Positions 53,380 to 64,000 of a stretch of 64,000 bases of DNA are shown one piece after another. The stretch spans positions 15,252,001 to 15,316,000 of the forward strand of contig OZ024744.1 in NCBI GenBank assembly GCA_964016885.1, given 5' to 3'. Every line of letters begins with the position of its first letter. The first letter of the stretch is position 1. The stretch is from Eledone cirrhosa. Taxonomy: Eukaryota. A program made the translations under genes and the position numbers. The notes beneath the pieces were generated by a model. That model was not told the DNA's origin. It did not search any database and worked only from the letters and a program-made list of their open reading frames with translations.

Positions 53380-56300
53380 ACATACACTCTCACACACACA
53401 TATACACTCTCTCACACACATATACACTCTCTATCACATACATATATACTCTCTCTCACACGCATATACACTCTCTCTCTCACAGACATATACACTCTCT
53501 ATCACACACATATACACTCTCTCACACACATATATACAGTCTCTCTCTCACACACACATATACACTCTCTCACACACAAACATATACACTCTCACACACA
53601 CACACACATACTCTCTCTCACACACATATACCCTCTCTCACACACACACATATGCACTCTCTGACACACACATATACACTCTCTCACACACACACATATA
53701 CACTCTCTCACACACACATTTACACTCTCTCGCACACACACATATACACTCTCTCACACACATATATACACTCTCTCTCTCACACACACATATACACTCT
53801 CTCACACACACACATATACACTCTCACACATACATATACACTCTCTCACACACACATATACACTCTCTCACATACACACATATACACTCTCACACACATA
53901 TACACTCTCTCTCACACACACGTATACACTCTCTCACACACACATATACACTCTCACACACGCACACATATACACTCTCTCACACACACACATATACACT
54001 CTCACACACACACACATATACAATCACTCTCACACACACATATACACCCTCACACACACACATGCACTCTCTCTATCACTCACACATATACACTCTCACA
54101 GACACACATATACACTCTCTCTCTCACACACATATACACTCTCTCACACAGATATATACACTCTCTCTCTCACACACACACATATACACTCTCACACACA
54201 CATATACACTCTCTCACACGCCACATATACACTCTCTCACATACACACATATACACTCTCACACACACACATATACACTCTCTCTCTCACACACATACAC
54301 TTTTTCACACACACATATATACTCTCACACACGCACACATATACACTCTCTCACACACACATATAGACTCTCACACACACACATATACACTCACTCTCTC
54401 ACACACATATACACTCTCTCACACCCACACATATACACTCTCACACACACATATACACTCTGTCTCTCACACACATATACACTCTCTCACACACACACAT
54501 ACACTCTCTCACACACACACACATACACTCTCTAACACACACACACATATACATTCTCACACACACATATACACTCTCTCTCTCACACATATAACTCTCT
54601 CTCACACACATATACACTCTCTCAGACACACACATATACACTCTCTCTCACACATATACACTCTCCTTCTCACACATATACACTCTCTCACACACACATA
54701 TATACACTTTCACACACACACATACTCTCTCTCACACACATATACCCTCTCTCACACACACATATACACTCTCTCTCACACACATATACACTCCCTCACA
54801 CACACATATACACTCTCTCACACACACATATACAATCTCACACCCACATATACACTCTCACACACACACACATACACTCTCTCACACACACACACATATA
54901 GACTCTCTCACACACACATATGCACTCCCTCACACACACATATACACTCTCACACACACATATACACTCTCACACACACACATATACACTCTCTCTCACA
55001 CACATACACTCTCTCACACACACACATATACACTCTCACACACACACATATACACTCTCTCACACACACATATACACACTCTCGCACACACATATACACT
55101 CTCTCACACACACATATATACACTCTCACACACACACACACATACTCTCTCTCACACACATATACCCTCTCTCACACACACATATACACTCTCTCTCACA
55201 CACATATACACTCCCTCACATACACATATACACTCTTTCACACACACATATACACTCTCACACACACACATATACACTCTCACACACACATATACACACT
55301 CTCTCTCACACACATATACACTCTCTCACACACAGACATACATTCTCTCACACACACACATATACACTCTCACACACACACATATACACTCTCTCACACA
55401 CACATACACTCTCTAACACACACACACATATACACTCTCACACACACATATACACTCTGTCTCTCACACACATATACACTCTCTCACACACACACATACA
55501 CTCTCTCACACACACACATATACACTCTCACACACACACACATACACTCTCTAACACACACACACATATACACTCTCACACACACATATACACTCTCTCT
55601 CTCACACATATACACTCTCTCTCACACACATATACACTCTCTCAGACACACACATATACACTCTCTCTCACACATATACACTCTCTCTCTCACACATATA
55701 CACTCTCTCACACACACATATACACTCTCACACACACACATATACACTCTCTCACACACACACATATACACTCTCTCTCTCTCACACACATATACACTCT
55801 CTCACACACACACATATACACTCTCACACACACACATATACACTCTCTCACACACACACATACACTCTCTCAGAGACACCGATATACACTCTCTCACACA
55901 CACATATACACTCTCTCACACACACATATACACTCTCTCACACACACATATACTCTCTCACACACACATATACACTCTCTCTCTCACACATTCACTCTCT
56001 CTGTCACACACACATATACACTCTCTCTCTCACACACATACACTCTCTAATACACACACATATACACTCTCACACACACATATACACTCTCACACACACA
56101 CATATACACTCTCTCACACACACATATACACTGTCACACACACATATATACACAATCTCACACACACATATACACTCTCTCACACACACATACACTCTCT
56201 GATACACACATATATACACTCTCACACACACATATACACTCTCTCTCTCACACACATATACACTCTCTCACACACACATATACACACACACATATACACT

Positions 56301-59300
56301 CTCTCACACACACATACACTCTCTAATACACACATATATACACTCTCACACACACATATACACTCTCTCTCTCACACACATATACACTCTCTGACACACA
56401 CATATACACTCTCTCGCACACACATATACACTCTCTCACACACACACATATACACTCTCACACACACACATATACACTCTCTCACACACACATATACACT
56501 CTCTCACACACACATACACTCTCTAACACACACACACATATAGACTCTCACACACACATATACACACTCTCACACATATACACTCTCTCTCACACACATA
56601 TACACTCTCTCAGACACACACATATACACTCTCTCACTCTCTCACAGACATATACACTCTCTCACACACACACATATACACTCTCTCACACACACACATA
56701 TACACTCTCTCACACACATATACACTCTCACACACACACATATACACTCTCTCACACACACACATACACTCTCTCAGAGACACCGATATACACTCTCTCA
56801 CACACACATATACTCTCTCACACACACATATACACTCTCTCTCTCACACATGCACTCTCTCTATCACACACACATATACACTCTCTCTCTCACACACATA
56901 TACACTCTCTCACACATACATATACACTCTCACACACACACATATACACTCTCTCACACACACACATATACACTCTCACACACACACATATACACTCTCT
57001 CACACACACATATACACTCTCTCACACACACATACACTCTCTAACACACACACATATACACTCTCACACACACACATATACACTCTCACACACACACATA
57101 TACACTCTCTCACACACACATATACACTGTCTCACACACACACATATACACTATCTCACACACACATATACACTCTCTCACACACACATACATTCTCTAA
57201 TACACACATATATACACTCTGACACACACATATACATTCTCTCTCTCACACACATATACACTCTCTCACACACACATATACACTCTCACACACACACATA
57301 TACACTCTCTCACACACACATACACTCTCTAATACACACATATATACACTCTCTCACACACATATACACTCTCTGACACACACATATACACTCTCTCACA
57401 CACACATATACACTCTCTCACACACACACATATACACTCTTTCACACACACACATATACACTCTCTCACACACACATATACACTCTATCACACACACACA
57501 TACACTCTCTAATACACACCCACATATACACTCACTCTCTCACACACACATATACACTCTCTCACACACACATATACACTCTCTCACAGACACACATATA
57601 CACTCTCACACACACACACACACACACATACTCTCTCTCACACACATATACCCTCTCTCACACACACGCATATACACTCTCTCACACACACATATACACT
57701 CTCACACACACACATATGCACTCTCTCTCTCACACACATATACACTCTCTCACACACACACATATTCACTCTCACACACACACATATACACACTCTCTCT
57801 CACACACATATACACTCTCTCACACACACACATATACACTCTCACACACACACATATACACTCTCTCACACACACATATACACTCTCTCACACACATATA
57901 CACTCGCTCACACATACATATACACTCTCTCTCTCACACATGCACTCTCTCTATCACACACATATATACACTCTCACACACACAGATATACACTTTCTCA
58001 CACACATATACACTCTCTCACACACACACATACACTCTCACACACACATATACACTCTCTCACACACATATACACTCTCTATCACACACATATATACTCT
58101 CTCTCACACGCATATACACTCTCTCTCTCACAGACATATACACTCTCTATCACACACATATACACTCTCTCACACACATATATACACTCTCTCTCTCACA
58201 CACACATATACACTCTCTCACACACAAATATATACACTCTCACACACACACACACATACTCTCTCTCACACACATATACCCTCTCTCACACACACACATA
58301 TGCACTCTCTGACACACACATATACACTCTCTCACACACACACATATACACTCTCTCACACACACATTTACACTCTCTCGCACACACACATATACACTCT
58401 CTCACACACATATATACACTCTCTCTCTCACACACACATATACACTCTCTCACACACACACATATACACTCTCACACATACATATACACTCTCTCACACA
58501 CACATATACACTCTCTCACATACACACATATACACTCTCACACACATATACACTCTCTCTCACACACACATATACACTCTCTCACACACACATATACACT
58601 CTCACACACGCACACATATACACTCTCTCACACACACACATATACACTCTCACACACACACATATACAATCACTCTCACACACACATATACACCCTCACA
58701 CACACACATGCACTCTCTCTATCACTCACACATATACACTCTCACAGACACACATATACACTCTCTCTCTCACACACATATACACTCTCTCACACAGATA
58801 TATACACTCTCTCTCTCACACACACACATATACACTCTCACACACACATATACACTCTCTCACACGCCACATATACACTCTCTCACATACACACATATAC
58901 ACTCTCACACACACACATATACACTCTCTCTCTCACACACATACACTTTTTCACACACACATATATACTCTCACACACGCACACATATACACTCTCTCAC
59001 ACACACATATAGACTCTCACACACACACATATACACTCACTCTCTCACACACATATACACTCTCTCACACCCACACATATACACTCTCACACACACATAT
59101 ACACTCTCTAACACACACACACATATACATTCTCACACACACATATACACTCTCTCTCTCACACATATAACTCTCTCTCACACACATATACACTCTCTCA
59201 GACACACACATATACACTCTCTCTCACACATATACACTCTCCTTCTCACACATATACACTCTCTCACACACACATATATACACTTTCACACACACACATA

Positions 59301-62250
59301 CTCTCTCTCACACACATATACCCTCTCTCACACACACATATACACTCTCTCTCACACACATATACACTCCCTCACACACACATATACACTCTCTCACACA
59401 CACATATACAATCTCACACCCACATATACACTCTCACACACACACACATACATTCTCTAATACACACATATACACACTCTCTCTCACACACATATACACT
59501 CTCTCACACACACACATACATTCTCTCACACACACACATATACACTCTCACACACACACATATACACTCTCTCACACACACATACACTCTCTAACACACA
59601 CACACATATACACTCTCACACACACATATACACTCTGTCTCTCACACACATATACACTCTCTCACACACACACATACACTCTCTCACACACACACATATA
59701 CACTCTCACACACACACACATACACTCTCTAACACACACACACATATACACTCTCACACACACATATACACTCTCTCTCTCACACATATACACTCTCTCT
59801 CACACACATATACACTCTCTCAGACACACACATATACACTCTCTCTCACACATATACACTCTCTCTCTCACACATATACACTCTCTCACACACACATATA
59901 CACTCTCACACACACACATATACACTCTCTCACACACACACATATACACTCTCTCTCTCTCACACACATATACACTCTCTCACACACACACATATACACT
60001 CTCACACACACACATATACACTCTCTCACACACACACATACACTCTCTCAGAGACACCGATATACACTCTCTCACACACACATATACACTCTCTCACACA
60101 CACATATACACTCTCTCACACACACATATACACTCTCTCACACACACACATACACTCTCTCACACACACACATATACACTCTCACACACACATACATACA
60201 CTCTCTAACACACACACACACACTCTCACACACACATATACACTCTCTCTCTCACACATATACACTCTCTCTCACACACATATACACTCTCTCAGACACA
60301 CACATATACACTCTCTCTCACACATATACACTCTCTCTCTCACACATATACACTCTCTCACACACACATATACACTCTCACACACACACATATACGCTCT
60401 CTCACACACACACATATACACACTCTCTCTCTCACACACATATACACTCTCTCACACACACACATATACACTCTCACACACACACATATACACTCTCTCA
60501 CACACACACATACACTCTCTCAGAGACACCGATATACACTCTCTCACACACACATATACACTCTCTCACACACACATATACACTCTCTCACACACACATA
60601 TACTCTCTCACACACACATATACACTCTCTCTCTCACACATTCACTCTCTCTGTCACACACACATATACACTCTCTCTCTCACACACATACACTCTCTAA
60701 TACACACACATATACACTCTCACACACACATATACACTCTCACACACACACATATACACTCTCTCACACACACATATACACTGTCACACACACATATATA
60801 CACAATCTCACACACACATATACACTCTCTCACACACACATACACTCTCTGATACACACATATATACACTCTCACACACACATATACACTCTCTCTCTCA
60901 CACACATATACACTCTCTCACACACACATATACACACACACATATACACTCTCTCACACACACATACACTCTCTAATACACACATATATACACTCTCACA
61001 CACACATATACACTCTCTCGCACACACATATACACTCTCTCACACACACACATATACACTCTCACACACACACATATACACTCTCTCACACACACATATA
61101 CACTCTCTCACACACACATACACTCTCTAACACACACACACATATAGACTCTCACACACACATATACACACTCTCACACATATACACTCTCTCTCACACA
61201 CATATACACTCTCTCAGACACACACATATACACTCTCTCACTCTCTCACAGACATATACACTCTCTCACACACACACATATACACTCTCTCACACACACA
61301 CATATACACTCTCTCACACACATATACACTCTCACACACACACATATACACTCTCTCACACACACACATACACTCTCTCAGAGACACCGATATACACTCT
61401 CTCACACACACATATACTCTCTCACACACACATATACACTCTCACACACACACATATACACTCTCTCACACACACACATATACACTCTCACACACACACA
61501 TATACACTCTCTCACACACACATATACACTCTCTCACACACACATACACTCTCTAACACACACACATATACACTCTCACACACACACATATACACTCTCT
61601 CACTCACACATGCACTCTCTCTATCACACACACATATACACTCTCTCTCTCACACACATATACACTCTCTCACACACACATATACACTCTCACACACACA
61701 CATATACACTCTCTCACACACACACATATACACTCTCACACACACACACTCTCTCACACACACATATACACTCTCTCACACACACATACACTCTCTAACA
61801 CACACACATATACACTCTCACACACACACATATACACTCTCACACACACACATATACACTCTCTCACACACACATATACACTGTCTCACACACACACATA
61901 TACACTATCTCACACACACATATACACTCTCTCACACACACATACATTCTCTAATACACACATATATACACTCTGACACACACATATACATTCTCTCTCT
62001 CACACACATATACACTCTCTCACACACACATATACACTCTCACACACACACATATACACTCTCTCACACACACATACACTCTCTAATACACACATATATA
62101 CACTCTCACACACACATATACACTCTCTCTCTCACACACATATACACTCTCTGACACACACATATACACTCTCTCACACACACATATACACTCTCTCACA
62201 CACACACATATACACTCTTTCACACACACACATATACACTCTCTCACACA
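53380..62250 (+). repeat. Duplication of a ~4.1 kb block at ~4.2-4.75 kb offset with internal indels (~53380-57480 / ~58025-62250)
   Basis: Rare variants cacgccac 54220/58866 (4646), ccttct 54665/59241 (4576), caccga 55881/60059 (4178) and 55881/60531 (4650); identical ORFs 56070/60720 and 56634/61238; ctctgac 57221/61975 (4754). Confidence 0.88.
59650..60590 (+). repeat. Nested tandem duplication, ~472 bp
   Basis: gagacaccga at 60059 and 60531, each preceded by ctctaac and ctcagac variants. The partner block at ~55470-55940 has only one copy. Confidence 0.75.
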
Positions 62251-64000
62251 CACATATACACTCTCACACACGCACACATATACACTCTCTCACACACACA
62301 TATACACTCTCACACACACACACATATACACTCACTCTCTCACACACATATACACTCTCTCACACCCACACATATACACTCTCTCGCACACACATATACA
62401 ATCTCACACCCACATATACACTCTCACACACACACACATACACTCTCTCACACACACACACATATACACTCTCTCACACACACACATATACACTCTCACA
62501 CACACATATACACTCTCACACACACACATATACACTCTCTCTCACACACATATACACTCTCTCACACACACACATATACACTCCCTCACACACATATATA
62601 CACTCTCACACACATATACACTTTCACACACACACATGCACTCTCTCTATCACTCACACATATACACTCTCACAGACACACATATACACTCTCTCTCTCA
62701 CACACATATACACTCTCTCACACACCCATATACAGTCTCTCACACACACATATACACTCTCTCTCACAGACATATACACTCTCTATCACACACATATACA
62801 TTCTCTCACACACACATATATACTCTCACACACACATATACACTCTCTCACACACACATATACACTCTCTCACACACACACATATACACTCTTTCACACA
62901 CACACATATACACTCTCTCACACACACATATACACTCTCTCACACACATATATACACTCTCTCTCTTACACACACACATATACACTCTCACACACACATA
63001 TACACTCTCTCACACACACATATACACTCTCTCACATACACATATACACTCTCACACACGCACACATATACACTCTCTCACACACACATATACACTCTCT
63101 CTCTCACACACATATACACTCTCTCACACACCCATATACAGTCTCTCACACACACATATACACTCTCTCTCACAGACATATACACTCTCTATCACACACA
63201 TATACATTCTCTCACACACACATATACACTCTCTTACACACACATATACACTCACTCACACACACATATATACTCTCACACACACACATATACACTCTCT
63301 CACACACACATATACACTCTCTCACACACACACATATACACTCTTTCACACACACACATATACACTCTCTCACACACACACATATACACTCTCTCACACA
63401 CATATATACACTCTCTCTCTCACACACACACATATACACTCTCACACACACATATACACTCTCTCACACACACATATACACTCTCTCACATACACACATA
63501 TACACTCTCACACACACACATATACACTCTCTCTCTCACACACATATACACTCTCTCTCACACACATATACACTCTCACACACGCACACATATACACTCT
63601 CACACACACATATACACTCTCACACACACACATATACACTTACTCTCTCACACACATATACACTCTCTCACACCCACACATATACACTCTCTCGCACACA
63701 CATATACAATCTCACACCCACATATACACTCTCACACACACACACATACACTCTCTCACACACACACACATATACACTCTCTCACACACACACATATGCA
63801 CTCCCTCACACACACATATACACTCTCACACACACATATACACTCTCACACACACACATATACACTCTCTCTCACACACATATACACTCTCTCACACACA
63901 CACATATACACTCCCTCACACACACATATACACTCTCACACACACATATACACTCTCACACACACACACATATACACTCTCTCACACACAAACATATACA

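Larger units (their letters stand above)
1..64000 (+). repeat. Tandem satellite/minisatellite array, monomer TATACA(CT)2-5(CA)3-7, modal 22 bp; runs off both window edges
   Basis: Every line consists of this unit, e.g. 703-724 tatacactctctcacacacaca. All copies are in the same orientation, G occurs only in sporadic variants, and there is no non-repeat spacer anywhere. Confidence 0.99.

Noticed and set aside
127-61798. Long + strand ORFs (up to 1542 aa, e.g. 432..4850, 9834..14462, 18437..22426) encoding His/Thr-rich repeats
   Set aside because: CA/TA/CT tokens cannot form TAA/TAG/TGA, so all three frames are open by default. The ORFs overlap in all frames, most indels are 2 bp (frame-breaking), ATGs come from repeat variants, and there is no domain, signal peptide or non-repeat sequence.
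2522-63451. Short - strand Cys/Val-rich ORFs (MCVRECICV...) resembling metallothionein-like peptides
   Set aside because: These are direct translations of (TG)n(AG)m, and their length reflects chance avoidance of the TGA present at each CT/CA junction.
1-64000. CRISPR-like repeat/spacer array
   Set aside because: There are no unique spacers, no constant palindromic repeat, no leader and no cas genes; the variable parts are only dinucleotide run lengths.
1-64000. Telomeric repeat (C/A-rich strand with strong skew)
   Set aside because: There are no G-runs on the complementary strand and no match to TTAGGG-type or TG1-3 repeats. Kb-scale duplicated variant patterns indicate recombinational rather than telomerase synthesis. 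A subtelomeric location is not excluded.
1-64000. Run lengths acting as an information code or programmed variable cassette system
   Set aside because: The variation is adequately explained by slippage plus block duplication, and no recombinase, reverse transcriptase, target gene or boundary signals are present.
1-64000. Whole window as a sequencing or polymerase-slippage artefact
   Set aside because: Rare variants recur in conserved order at exact offsets with graded divergence, which fits genuine array evolution. Individual copy numbers may still be misassembled.
1-64000. Transposon, tRNA/rRNA or inverted-repeat elements
   Set aside because: No complex sequence, terminal repeats or reverse-orientation (TG/AG-rich) segment was seen on the + strand. 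The near absence of G precludes stable stems.

Overview
The whole 64 kb window is one uninterrupted, head-to-tail, single-orientation satellite array. I see no unique sequence, real gene, RNA gene, transposon or CRISPR array. The monomer is a compound-microsatellite unit, TATACA(CT)m(CA)n, modally 22 bp (e.g. TATACACTCTCTCACACACACA), with roughly 2,900 copies (64000/22, an estimate). The + strand is almost G-free and is built from three dinucleotide tokens (CA, TA, CT). This fully explains the very long His/Thr/Ser/Leu/Tyr/Ile ORFs, because stop codons cannot form from these tokens. Rare variant monomers reveal a nested hierarchy of higher-order duplications at offsets of about 240, 264, 472, 1792, 2.4-2.5k, 2824, 3027, 3578, 4.2-4.75k, 7674 and 9736 bp. 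They also reveal a recurring ~95 bp multi-monomer cassette and a left-to-right turnover of diagnostic variants. The sequence looks like eukaryotic heterochromatic-type satellite, but the organism cannot be determined. I found no evidence of a novel coding system; the points of interest are array architecture and evolution. Boundaries were judged by eye and are approximate.
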